Shown here piece by piece: positions 51,480 through 64,000 of a DNA stretch of 64,000 nucleotides. The position numbers and the translations under genes are program-made. How positions within the stretch are numbered: the first letter of the stretch is position 1; each line of letters starts with the position of its first letter. The notes under the pieces are model-generated. The model was not told the origin of the DNA and did not search any database. It worked only from the letters and a program-made list of their open reading frames with translations. Source of the stretch: Mobula birostris (Eukaryota); the NCBI RefSeq assembly GCF_030028105.1, contig NC_092379.1, positions 89,887,006 through 89,951,005 of the forward strand, in the 5' to 3' direction.

Positions 51480-52100
51480 TTTTAAACTGAAGGTCAAGTT
51501 CTCATATTCCACAAAGAGAAAGAAATGAACATTTGGCACAATGTAAAGAAGTTCTGTAGCTATATCAAGCTTTAGTTCAACTGCAGTCGGAGTATTGTGT
51601 GCAATTCTGGTTGGTTCAATACAGAAAGGAGGTGAAGGTTTTGGAAAGGATTCAGAAGAGAATGCCTGTAAGAGGACATGAGCAAAAAGAAGAGGTTGGA
51701 CAAACTTGAGTTGCTTTCTATGAAGCATTCAATGCTGAGGCCAACTCTGATAAAAGTTTATAAAATTCATATATATAGCGAACAGTCAGAATGATTTTCC
51801 CAGTGAGAAATATCCTATATTAGAGGACGTGTATTTAAGGTGAAGTGAGAGTTGGGGGCAGAGTTTAAAAGAGATATATGCTGCAAATTTTATTTAATAT
51901 AGAAAGCAGTAGATGTTGGAACAGATTGCCATGGGTAGTGGTGGAAGCAGCTGTGATTGATTGTTGGAATGCTTTTGAATGGAAGCTCTAATATGTAGGG
52001 AATGGAACAATATTGATTAGGTACAGGCAGATAAAATTTGTTTTAATTTGGCATCATATTCCTTGTGGATATTGTGGGTTGAAGGACCTGCATCTCAGCT
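51480..52100 (+). mobile_element. Degenerate CR1 3' fragment
   Basis: Decayed EYCVQFW / LERIQRR / RGH region. Confidence 0.6.
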
Positions 52101-52475
52101 TTGTGTTTTAAATCTAGTAAACTTTATTTTTCTCATCACTTCCCTGGATATAATCACTGACTGCATTCCCTACATGTACAACATGTTCAATTTAAACTCT
52201 GTAGTAATTCACAGAGCAAATCACAAAATACTAACTTTGCTACTGGCTGGTTTGTTTTTGTATTTAATTCTGTAAACTTTGAGGAAGGTCATTCAGCCCA
52301 ACAAATTTATGCCAGAGAAAAGCAATAGAATTCGATTAATTTTAAAAGTGATGTAAATTTGAACAACCAGCACCAATTTTGTCAGGTGGATTAATAATCT
52401 TTCTGTAATAATTCAGTATTCAACTTTTGTTCACGAGTTTTACACCAGTGGTTTCTGCCCCCCTGGCTCCCAGAT

Positions 52476-55270
52476 CACATCTGCCACTTCTCAGCCAAGT
52501 TTTGCATCCTATCAATGTCCCGCTGTAACCTCTGACAGCCCTCCATGCGATTCACAACACCCCCAACCTTTGTGTCATCAGCAAACTTACTAACCCATCC
52601 CTCCACTTCCTCATCCAGGTTATTTATAAACATCACGAAGAGTAAAGGTCCCAGAACAGATACCTGAGGCACACCACTGGTCACCAACCTCCATGCAGAA
52701 TATGACTCATGTACAACCACTCTTTACCTTCAGTGCGCGAGCCAGTTCTGGATCCATAAAGCAATGTCCCCTTGGATCCCATGCCTCCTTACTTTCTCAA
52801 TAAGCCTTGCATGGGGTACCTTATCAAATGCCTTGCTGAAATCCATATACACTACATCTAATGCTTTTCCTTCATCAATGTGTTTAGTCACATCCTCAAA
52901 AAATTCAATCAGGCTCGTTAGGCATGACCTGCCCTTGACAAAGCCATGCTGACTATTCCTAGTCATATTATACCTCTCCAAATGTTCATAAATCCTGCCT
53001 CTCAGAATCTTCTCCATCAACTTACCAACCACTGAAGACTCGCTGGTCTATAATTTCCTGAGCTATCTCTACTTCCTTTCTTGAATAAAGGAACAACATC
53101 CGCAACCCTCCAATCCTCCGGAACCTCTCCCAATCTGATTGATAATGCAAAGATCGTCACCAGAGGCTCAGCAATCTCCTCCCTCGCCTCCCATAGTAGC
53201 CTGGGGTACATCTCATCCGGTCCTGGCGACTTCTCCAACTTGATGCTCTCCAAAAGCTCCAGCACATCCTCTTTCTTAATATCTATGTGCTCAAGCTCTT
53301 CAGTCTGCTGCAAGTCATCACCACTATCACCAAGATTCTTTTCCATAGTGAATACTGAAGTAAAGTTTTCATTAAGTACCCCTGCTATTTCCTCTGGTTC
53401 CATATACACTTTCTCACTGTCACACTTGATTGGTCCTACTCTTTCACGTCTTATCCTCTTGCTCTTCATATACTTGTAGAATGCCTTGGAGTTTTCCTTA
53501 ATCCTGCCCGCCAAGGCCTTCTCATGGCCCCTTCTGGCTCTCTTAATTTCCTTAAGCTCCTTCCTGTTAGCCTTACAATCTTCTAAATCTCGAACATTAC
53601 CTAGCTCTTTGAACCTTTTGTAAGCTTTTCTTCTTGACTCGATTTACTACGGCCTTTGTACACCACAGTTCCAAGTTCCTGCCTGATACCCTCATAATTC
53701 TCCTTACTCCAATTAAACAATTTTCTAACTAGTCTGTTCCTATCTTTCTCCAATGCTATTGGAAAGGAGATAGAATTATGATCACTATCTCTAAAATGCT
53801 CTCCCACTGAGAGATCTGACACCTGACCAGGTTCATTTCCCAGTACCAAATCAAGTATAGCCTCTCCTCTTGTAGGCTTATCTGCATATTGTGTCAAGAA
53901 ACCTTCCTGAGCACACCTAACAAACTCCACCCCATCTGAAGCCCTTGCTCTAGGGAGATGCCAATTTGGGGAAATTAAAATCTCCCACCAAGACAGCTCT
54001 ATTATTACACCTTTCCAGGATCTGTTTCCCTATCTGCTCCTTGATATCCCTGTTACTATTGGGCAGCCTATATAAAAAAAAAAAACACCCAGTTATTGAC
54101 CCTTTCCTGTTCCTAACTTCCACCCACAGAGACTCTGTAGACAATCCCTCCATGATGTCCACCTTTTCTGCAGCCGTGACACTATCTCTGATCAACAGTG
54201 CCATGCCCCCACCTCTTTTGCCTCCCTCTCTGTCCTTTCTGAAACATCTGTCCCTGAGCCATCCAAGTCTCTAACGGCCACCACATATCTCCCAAGTACT
54301 GATCCACGCTCTAAGCTCATCCGTTTTGTTCACAATACTCCCTGCGTTAAAATAGACACATCTCAAACCATCGGTCTGAGCATGTCCTTTCTCTATCACC
54401 TGCCTATCCTCGCTCACGCACTGTCTCCAAGCTTTCTGTATTTGTGAGCCAACCTCCTCTTCCCCAGTCTCTTCAGTTTGGTTCCCACCCCCTAACAATT
54501 CTCATTTAAACTCTCTGCAGTATCCTTAGCAAACTTCCCCACCAGGATATTGGTCCTCCTGGGATTCAAATGCAACCTGTCCTTTTTTTTTTTTTTTTGC
54601 AGGTCACACCTGCCCCAAAAGAGGTCCCAATGATCCAGAAATATGAATCCCTGCCCCCTGCTCCAATCCCTCAGCCACGCATTTATCCTCCACCTCATTC
54701 TATTCCTATACTCACTGTCACATGGTATAATCCCGAGATTACTACCTTTTGCGGTCCTGCTTCTTAACTTCCCTCCTAACTCCCTGTCGTCTGTTTTCAG
54801 GACCTCATCCCTTTTCCTACCTATGTCATTGGTACCAATATGTACCACGATCTCTGGCTGTTCTCCATCCCACTTCAGGATATTTTGGACGCGATCTGAC
54901 ACATCCCGGACCCTGGCACCTGGGAGGCAAACTACCATCTGAGTTTCTTTCCTGCGTCCACAGTATCGTCTGTCTGACCCCCTAACTATAGAGTTCCCTA
55001 TCACTACAGCCTTTCTCTTCCTTTCCCTACCCTTCTGAGCCTCGGCCAGACTCTGCCAGAGTCACAGCCACTGTTGCTTCCCCCAGGTAGGCAGTCCCCT
55101 CCAACAGTACTCAGACAGGAGTACTTATTGTTCAGGGGGACAGCCACAGGTGTACTCTGAAGTATCTGACTCTTCCCCTTCCCTCTCCTGACTGTTACCC
55201 ACTTGTCTGTCTCCCATGGCCCCAGTATGGCCACCTGCCTATAACTCCTTTCTATTACCTCCTCGCTCCA
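52476..55270 (-). mobile_element. CR1 LINE (ORF1 esterase through RT), lacking its 3' end
   Basis: IGNSIVRG, HIGTNDIG, GDFNFP, DFSKAFDKVPH, GVPQ.SVLGP, KFADDTK; homology stops at WQM. Confidence 0.9.
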
Positions 55271-55582
55271 TGATGCTGAATATTAGCTGTTGCAAGTCTT
55301 AAGTCCCTATCAGTTTTGAATTGCTGAAAATATTAAAAATTTAAATTTGGATAGTTTTTACTCAATTTCTATCGTAAGTTGGTGTTGCTAAATTTACTTC
55401 TAATTCTGTGAATGCTTTGTCATTAAATCCTCTGCTTTTAAATTTCACAGTCCTTTCACAGTCCGTTAGCCAAGGTAAGGCGATCAACATTTGCATGTGT
55501 TTCCCAGGTTGCATTATCCTACTTTTTGCAGTGATGTGAGCAGTTCATATACTGATTTATGTGTTGTAAGTTCTCTTCTATT

Positions 55583-58080
55583 TCATAGAACCATAGAACA
55601 CTACAGCACAGAAAACAGGCCATTTGGCCCTTCTAGTCTGTACCAAAACATTATTCTGCTAGTCCCATTGACTTGCATCCGGTCCATAACCCTCTAGACC
55701 TCTCCCATCCACGTACCTATTCAATTTATTCTTAAAACTTGAGTGAACCCACATTTACGTCAGATTGCATCATTCCACACTTCCACCACTCTTTGAGTGA
55801 AGAAGTTCCCCCTAAACCTTTCCCCTTTCACCCTAACGCCATGTCCTCTCGTACTTATGTCTCCTAATCTAAGTGGAAAGAGTCTATTCACATTTATTCT
55901 GTCTATACCCCTCATAATTTTGTAAACCTCTATCAAATCTTCCCCTCATTCTTCTAGGCTACGAGGAATAAAGTCCTAACCTGTTCAATCTTTCCCTGTA
56001 ACTCAGCTCCTGAAGACCCGGCAATATCCTAGTAAATCTTCTCTACACTCTTTCAATCTTACTGATATCCTTCCTACAGTTAACCTCCAGGTTGAGTCAG
56101 TAGTGAAGAAGGCGAATGCAATGTTGGCATTCATTTCTAGAGGAATAGAGTATAGGAGCAGGGATGTGATGTTGAGGCTCTATAAGGCACTGGTGAGACC
56201 TCACTTGGAGTACTGTGGGCAGTTTTTATTTAAGAAAGGATGTGCTGACGTTGGAGAGGGTACAGAGAAGATTCACTAGAATGATTTCGGGAATGAGAGG
56301 GTTAACATGAGGAACGTTTGTCCGCTCTTGGACTGTATTCCTTGGAGTTTAGAAGAATGAGGGGAGACCTCATAGAAACATTTGAAATGTTGAAAGGCAT
56401 GGACAGAGTGGATGTGGCAAAGTTGTTTCCCATGATGGGGGAGTCTAGTACGAGAGGGCATGACTTAAAGATTGGAGGGCGCCCATTCAGAACAGAAATG
56501 CAACGAAATTTTTTTAGTCAGAAGGTGGTGAATCTATGGAATTTGTTGCCACGGGCAGCAGTGGAGCCCAAGTCATTGGATGTATTTAAGGCAGAGATTG
56601 ATAGGTATCTGAGTAGCCAGGGCATCAAAGGTTATGGTGAGAAGGCGGGGGAGTGGGACTAAATAGGAGAATGGATCAGCTCATGATAAAATTGTGGAGC
56701 AGACTCGATGGGCCGAATGACCTACTTCTGCTCCTTTGTCTTATGGTCTTATAGTTAGGTGACCAGAACTGTACACAGTACTCCAAATTTGGCCTCACCA
56801 ATGTCTTATGCAACCTCACCATAACATCCCAACTAGTATACTCAATACTTTGATTTATGAATGCCAGGGTGCCAAAAGCTGCCTTTACAACCCTGTCTAC
56901 CTGTGATGCCACTTTCAGGGAATTATGTATCTGAACTCCCAGATCTCTTTGTTCCTCCGCTCTCCTCAGTGCCCTACCATTTACTGTGTATATCCTACCT
57001 TGACTTGTCCTTCCAAAATGCAACGCCTCACACTTGTCTGCATTAAATTCCATCTGCCATTTGCTGGCCCATTTTTCCAGTTGGTCCAGATCCCTCGGCA
57101 AGCTTTGAAAGCCTTCCTAGCTGTCCACAATGCCTCCAATCTTAGTGTCATCAGCAAACTTGCTGATCCAATTTACCATATTATTATCTACATCATTGAT
57201 ATAGACAACAAACAACAATGGTTCCAGCACAGATCCTTGAGGCACACCACTAGTCACAGGCCTCCAGTCTGATAAGCAATCATCCACTACCACTCTCTGT
57301 CTTCTCCCACACAACCAATTTCGAATCCAGTTTACAACCTCTTCATGGATACCTAGTGTCTGAACCTTTTGAACTAACCTCCCATGTGGGCCCTTGTCAA
57401 AGGCCTTACTAAAGTCCATGCAGACAACATCCACAGCTTTTCCTTCATCTACTTTCGTGGTAACCTCCTCAAAAAACTCTACAAGATTCGTTAAACACGA
57501 TCTACCACGCACAAAGCCATGCTGACTATCCTTAATCAGCACTTAGCTGTCCAAATACTTGTATATCCGATCTCTCAGAACACCTTCCAATAATTTACCA
57601 ACTACTGATGTCAGGCTCACCAGCCTGTAATTATCTGGTTTACTTTTGGAGCCTTTTTTAAACAACAACAACATGAGCTACCCTCCAATCCTCTGGCACC
57701 ATACAAATATTTTAAATATTTCTGCCAGGGCCCCTGCAATTTCCACACTAGACTCTCTCGAGGTCCGAGGAAATATCATGTCAGGCCGGGGGGATTTATC
57801 TACTTTTATTCGCTGTAAGGCAGCAAGCACCTCCTCCTCTTTATATGTTCCATGGCTCCGCTACTTGTTTCCCTTTCTTCCATTTATGCTATGCCAGTTT
57901 CCTGAGTAAATACTGATGCAAAAAAATTGTTTAAGATCTCCCCCATCTCTTGAGGCTCCACACATTGACGACCACTTTGATCTTCTAGGGGACCAATTTT
58001 GTCCCTTACTATCCTTTTACTCTTAATATACTTGTAGAAACCCTTTGGGTTTACCTTCACATTATCTGCCAAAGCAATCT
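55583..58080 (-). mobile_element. CR1 LINE, 5'-truncated, with nested insertion
   Basis: catagaaccatagaa tail; SQHGFVRGRSCLTNL, GVPQGSVL, KFADDTK, LEYCVQFWSP. Confidence 0.9.
56083..56749 (+). mobile_element. CR1 3' fragment nested in opposite orientation
   Basis: LGLYSLEFRRMRGDLIETF...; tail gtcttatggtct; flanked by TACAGTTA (56075-56082) / TATAGTTA (56750-56757). Confidence 0.88.
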
Positions 58081-59129
58081 AGCATGTATCATGGTCAATA
58101 CAGTTTTCTTCTTGGACCCTCCCTTTGGATTATCTCAATGTTGCAAGCTTCCCATGAAAGTCTAATGCTTTATAACCTGGCCTTCCCTTTGGTTGCTGCT
58201 AGAAATTAGTTATGTTTTTTAATGCCCAGTAATTACTTTAACACCTAACTGATTGAGTAGCCATTGATATTGAGGAAAATTCTCAGACTGCAAATCAGTA
58301 TGTATAAAGCTGAAGTTTTTATTTCACTTAAACATTTGATAGAACACAAAAATTGAACCCAGTGTATAGATTTATCATCTTACACAGTCATCATCAGCAT
58401 GTTTACAATTTGTTTTATTTTATCTTTTCTCTGAATTTCCTTCCTCTTTGGAGCTGAATTTTTTGTGTATTTGACTTTTACAACAATTTTTTTGGGGTCC
58501 CTTTTTCTTAGTATTTTCTGCTTTTTCTTTGTGTAGGATTTGTTGATTTACTGAATTTAACTCTGTTCAATCCATTTGATTACCACATGATTCTGAATAG
58601 CTCCTTACCTGAGAATGGCAGTTTATGATGCATATTCTGACTCGTTTACTGTTTTGAGTATGAATTTGATAGAATCATATTTCATAATGAGGTTGGCACC
58701 AGCTGATGGTTGATAGGCCAGCTGAGTTATTTAAAATGAAATGATCTCCAAATGGATAAAAGTAATCTATGTGGTCAATTAAGAGCAATGACACTCTAAC
58801 ATGAAGTTTATAACTCATTTTACAACACTGGTCCAGGCCTGTAATATTGCTGAATTATTCAACTGGTAGAGAAGCTTTATTATGGCACAGCAACCCATGG
58901 GTCAAATCAAGTTTATTGTCATAAACTGCACTTATTTACCCTGCAAGTTCTTAGTTTTGTTTCATTTTAAAAATGCCCCCTCATTAAGCCAAAGTAGAAC
59001 AACATACTTCTTGGGTGTGAGAACTGCAATTTTTTTTTAATCGGGGTCTGGTTTTACTATGAATGCCACTGGCACCAATTGTCATGAAGTGCTTTGAATA
59101 GCTGGTGATGGCACATATCAGAAACTCCA

Positions 59130-59880
59130 TTCTTGCCACACCAGACACTTACCAGTATGCCTACTGACAGAAGCACTCTGTGGCAAATGCTATAGCATCT
59201 GTCATACACCTGGCCCTGACGCACCTAGAAAACACGGACACTTATGCAGAATGCTGTTTCAGGATTTCAGTTCGGCATCCAACTCTATTGTTTCACAGAC
59301 CTTGGTGAATAGTCTCCTGCCCAGTCTTAAATATTGGGTGTTGGGCTTTCAAACAATCAGAACTGACAGCTCGGATAGACAACTGCTCCTCCCTTCCCCA
59401 TCATCCTCAGCACAGTTGCCCCACAGGGCTGTGGGTTGAACCCATTGCTGTACACTCTGCTCACACATAACGGCACAGCTAAACACCCGAGCAATCACAT
59501 TGTCAAGTTCGCCAATGGCGCAACTGTGGTGTGACTCATCACTAACGATGAGGAGCCAACAGAGCGGAGGTGGGAAAGCTCAAGAGTGTCAGGTAGATAA
59601 CCACTTCCTGAATGTTAAGAAGATAAAGGAGATGGTTATTGATTTGAGGGGAACTCGTACCACCCCATCCTCCTTTACATCGGCGGCAGTAACTCCTATA
59701 CATCACACATAACCTCCCATGGTCCCAGAACACACCATACACAGTCAGGCAAGCTCACCAATGCCTCTATTTTCTAAGGAAGCTGATAGGGCTGGACTTC
59801 GCACACCCAGACTGACATTTTTCTATGTGCAGTAGAGAGCATTCTTACAAGGTGCATCACTGCTTGGTACAGATAGGAAG
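59130..59880 (+). mobile_element. Rex1-like LINE fragment
   Basis: MLFQDFSSA.NSIV, FLNVKKIKEMVID. Confidence 0.7.
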
Positions 59881-60475
59881 GCTCCACACATGCAGAAGGG
59901 ATGGGTGTTTGGGAGGGGTTGGGCAGGGGAACCATCAATGAGAACATTTGATTCTGCAGATGAATGAGAACTCCAGTCCAAACAAAATTTAATCCTGTTG
60001 TGTGGAGGCAAAGGTTGATCCAGGAAATTTAATGAGCAATAAGGAATTTTAAAATTAGTTTAGCTGTAAGACATGCTGAATGCAACCTTATTTTGAATTA
60101 ACAGAATACACCCACAAGTCCTAATCTATCAATTTAATCACAAAGATTAAATAGCAAGAGATTAAAATCTGCTGAAGTGCAGAAAGACATTCTGAATAGA
60201 ACAGGTCGCATTTAAAGCTGATGCCATTTTACACCAGGTAGAATATTTTTCCAATATAGCAGAGTTTTATCATGAAAATAAGACCAGAATTATGCATTCA
60301 CCGGATAGTGACTCGCACACTGTATCATTTAGCTCAATTTATCTTGAATGGTGTACCACCTTTCATATTGACAATGGTTGTGGTTTACTAGAACTTGGGA
60401 AAGATGGTGGAAGTGCATAAAGGTAAACTTCATATCTTTAATTGAGTTTTAAACATAGAAAACCTACAGCACAAT

Positions 60476-63059
60476 TTAGAAGAAGTAAAGGAAGCGAAGT
60501 TCCTAAAACCGAATCCAAAGAAGACCCTTGTAATGAATTACATTCAAGATTTACCCAGTGTGGATTTAAAGATACATTCAAATCTCGTAACCAAAATTTT
60601 AAATATCGAATATTGATGGTCCAGTGATAAAATCTAAAATTCGGGAGGGCGAGCCCCCCCTCCTTTTTAGATTTCTGTAAATACCTTTTACCTAACCTAG
60701 GATTTTTGTTCTGCCATATATATAAGGAAATTTTTGAATCAACATTATCGAAAAAAGATTTTGGGATAAAAATTGGAACCAATTGAAATACATACAGAAA
60801 TTTGGGCAAATAATCATCTTAATAGCATTAATCCGACCAATCAAAGACAAAGAAATTGGTGACCATTTAGTAAACAAAAGTTTAATCTGATCAATTAAAG
60901 GTAAAAAATTAGCTTTAAATAAGTCTTTATAGTTTTTCATAATTATTATCCCTAAATATATAAGTGAGTCAGTAACCAATTTAAATGGTAAACGTCCATA
61001 AATAGGTACCTGCTTATTTAGGGGAAATAATTCACTCTTATTAAAATTCAATTTGTAGCCAGAAAAATTACTAAATTGAGCCAACAGAGCTAGAATAGCG
61101 GGAATTGACTTCTCTGGATTAGAGATGTATAACAACAAATCATCTGCATATAGTGATAATTTATGTATTTTGTTTCCGCGGGTAATACCAAAAATATTGG
61201 GCGAGTCACGGATAGCAATTGCTAAAGGTTCAAGGGCAATATTAAATAGTAAAGGACTAACAGGGCATCCTTGCCTAGTACCACAAAAAAGACGAAAAAC
61301 GGGAGGTCTTTGATTATTAGTACAAACCGAGGCTACCAGGGAGTAATATAACAATTTAATCCAAGATATAAATGTCAAACTAAAATTAAATTTCTCAAGC
61401 ACACTAAATAAATAAGGCCATTCGACTCTGTCAAAGGCTTTCTCAGCATCTAATGAGGTAATACATTCTGGGGTAATAAGTGAAGGGGTATAAACAATAT
61501 TCATTAACCTCCTAATATTAAAGGATGAATAACGATTTTTAATAAATCCGGTTTGATCCATAGATATAATTTGAGGTAATACCTTTTCTAACCTAGTTGC
61601 TAAAATTTTTGAAAACATTTTTTGTATCTACATTCAAAAGAGATATCGGTCTGTATGATGCACAATCAATAGGACCTTTATCCAATAGTTAAGCATACTT
61701 TACGTATATGATTTCAATTTCAAAGATTTTTTGGGTTTAATCAATTTATTTTAGCAAGTCCTATTACATCTAATTTCCTTTTTCAACCTTCCATTATGGA
61801 TCAAGCTTACTTTGATTGGAAAACCAAAGGTATAGTACGTTTTCGTGATTTATTTTTGGATAATTGTTTCATGTCTTTTGATCAACTTTCTAATGAATAT
61901 AACTTATCCAGATCTCACTTTTTTAGATATCTACAGATTAGAAACTTCTAAATTACTGTTTCTCCTAATTTTCCACACTCCTATCCAATGGATACTTTTA
62001 AAAAAATTTTAGATCTGAATCTCTCTCAGAAAAGTGTTGTAGCAATTATTTATAATATGATTATGAATTTATGTCCTGATGTTTCCAATAAAATTAAAGC
62101 TGATTGGGAAAGAGAACCTAAGATTATTATACCGATTGGAAAAATGGGAAAAGATTCTTCAATTGATTAATTCATCCTCTATATGTGCTAAACATGTGTT
62201 GATACAGTTTAAACTAGTGCACAGGGCTCATATGTCCAAAGATAAACTATCTCTTTATTATTCTTATATTAATCCTATATGTGATAGATGTCATTTCGAG
62301 ATAGCCTCTTTAACTCACATGTTTTGGTCATGTCCTTTGTTGGAAAAATATTGGAAAGATATTTCTGATATTATTTAAACGGTTTTGAATACAGTCTTAC
62401 ACCCTCATTCAGTTACTGCTATTTTTGGATTACCAATGATAGACTCAAATTATTTAACCTCTTCAGCACGCCGGATGATTGCATTTCTTACTTTAATGGC
62501 TAGAAGATCCATTTTGCTGAATTGGAAAGAGATTAACCCTCCTACTGTATTTCACTGGTTTTCACAAACTATGTTGTGTTTGAATTTGGAAAAAATTAGA
62601 AGTGTGGTTTATGATCCTTCCATTAAATTTGAAAAAGCTTGGAGGCCATTTATTCAGCACTTTCATATGATGTAATTTGACCATTTCCAAACTTATTTTA
62701 TTTCTCTGTACTGTTGGTTGAGAGGAATGGAGTCGTCGACACTAAGGTTTTCTTCTCTTCCATTTTTATGTTGTTAGAATTACCCAAGTCTTTTAGTTTA
62801 GTTGACTAATTCTGTTCAGTTTATTTTTTTTTTTGTTTTTTTTTCTATTTTTTTTTCTTTTTCATGATTTTTCTCCAGGTTTTTTTTTTGTCCTGCATCA
62901 TTCATTGTTATCCTATACGATTGGGAGTTTTGTCAATTTATACTATTTGGTCTTATAATTACTCAGTTTAAGTACAACAATGTATCTCCAACTATTTGTA
63001 TTATTGCTATCTTATGTTTATATTTTATGAAACTAATAAAAAGATTGAAAAAGAAAGAA
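60476..63059 (+). mobile_element. L1-clade LINE, 5'-truncated with 5' inversion
   Basis: Minus-strand RT 60476-~61683 (SYRPISLLN, DQTGFI, LDAEKAFD, GTRQGCP, LYADD). Plus-strand ORF2 C-terminus ~61684-62675 (CDRC...HMFWSC). T-rich 3' UTR, AATAAA 63035-63040, (GAAA)n tail, 19-bp TSD. Confidence 0.92.
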
Positions 63060-63262
63060 AGAAAACCTACAGCACAATACAGGCCCATCAGCCCACAAAG
63101 CTGTGCCAATCATGTCCTTACTTGAGAAATTACTTAGGGTTACCCATACCCCTCTATTTTTCTGAGCTCCATATACCTGTTTCGGAGTCTCTTAAAAGAC
63201 CCTATTGTATCCGCTTCCACCACTGTTGCCAGTAGCCCATTCCACGCACTCACTACTCTGCG
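63060..63262 (-). mobile_element. CR1 3' end fragment (target of the L1 insertion)
   Basis: acagcacaatacaggccc...cattccacgcactcactactct resembles the CR1 3' ends at 30690 and 39445; its tail continues at 60451-60475. Confidence 0.75.
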
Positions 63263-64000
63263 TTTTCTAAAAAAAAAAAAAAAGTTTGTTTGCAAATGAC
63301 TGAACATTTTGTTTGGCAATGTTTTATTTTGATGTACAAGGGAAGGTAAGTTGAATTTTTTGAAGTGGGATAAAATAATAATAAGACGAGTGTGTACTGA
63401 GGAAAAGCTTGAGCTGTAGGATGTGACTGATCAATTTTGAGTTCAGCACTGAGTAATAAAGTTGTCTACTGGACCAAAATAAAAGTTATTTGGAGCTGGT
63501 AAATTGATTTATTCTTTTCACATGCATCAAGGTACAGTGGAAAAATTTGTCTTACATACTGTTCAAATTGATCAATTAATTACAACTGTGCATTGAGGTA
63601 GTACAAGAGAAAACAATAACAGAATGCAGAATAAATCGTTACTGATGAAGTCCAGTGCAGGTAGACAATAAGATGCAAGGTCATAAGGTACATTGAGGTT
63701 AAATGTTCACTTTACTGTATTGGAGAATCATTCATGTCCCATCTGTCCTTGAGCTTCTGCTTGAAGCTCATAGTTAGCATGAGCAAAATATTGAAGATTT
63801 CTGAGTTGTATAGCTGGTATGTTATCACAGTGCAGGATGCCAATTGCTAGAATTGAAACTGCTTGGTTGGTCCTTCTCACAATTATTGAGCTGCATCTTG
63901 GGGCTGTGCTTTGAATACTCTTTTGGCTCTTAGTACCAATCAGCAGTTCATACATGTTTACAGTAAAACTAGATGTTTTCCAGAATTTCAGAAACGAGAA

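Noticed and set aside
63728-63955. 75-aa minus-strand ORF or candidate CHM exon 9
   Set aside because: No similarity to REP-1 exon 9 or to any family I recognise.
1-64000. Prokaryotic RT systems (retron, DGR, group II intron), CRISPR arrays, operons
   Set aside because: All RT motifs belong to eukaryotic LINE/LTR clades inside introns of a spliced gene; no regularly spaced repeat-spacer array was seen.

Overview
This is eukaryotic vertebrate genomic DNA, most likely from a cartilaginous fish (ray or shark), judged from its CR1, Rex1, V-SINE and Penelope repeat content. The window lies inside one + strand gene, CHM (Rab escort protein 1, REP-1). Exons 2-8 are recoverable with canonical AG/GT boundaries and a continuous reading frame; exon 1 and exons 9 onward were not found and are presumably outside the window. 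The introns are packed with decayed transposons: two Gypsy LTR elements, several CR1 LINEs (one near full length, two with nested insertions), many Rex1-like LINE fragments, an RTE fragment, a 5'-inverted L1 with a 19-bp TSD, a pogo/Tigger-like MITE family, a Tc1 end, V-SINEs and Penelope remnants. Most interesting: (i) a Gmr1-type Gypsy (integrase before RT) with an in-frame integrase-core deletion, a truncated 5' LTR and an 86-bp flanking duplication in place of a normal TSD; (ii) a dispersed short-repeat family carrying decayed minimal hammerhead-ribozyme motifs, including an inverted pair; (iii) a twin-primed L1; (iv) both Gypsy elements sitting inside copies of the same MITE. No prokaryotic system or CRISPR array was seen, and most ORFs in the supplied track are transposon remnants or spurious.
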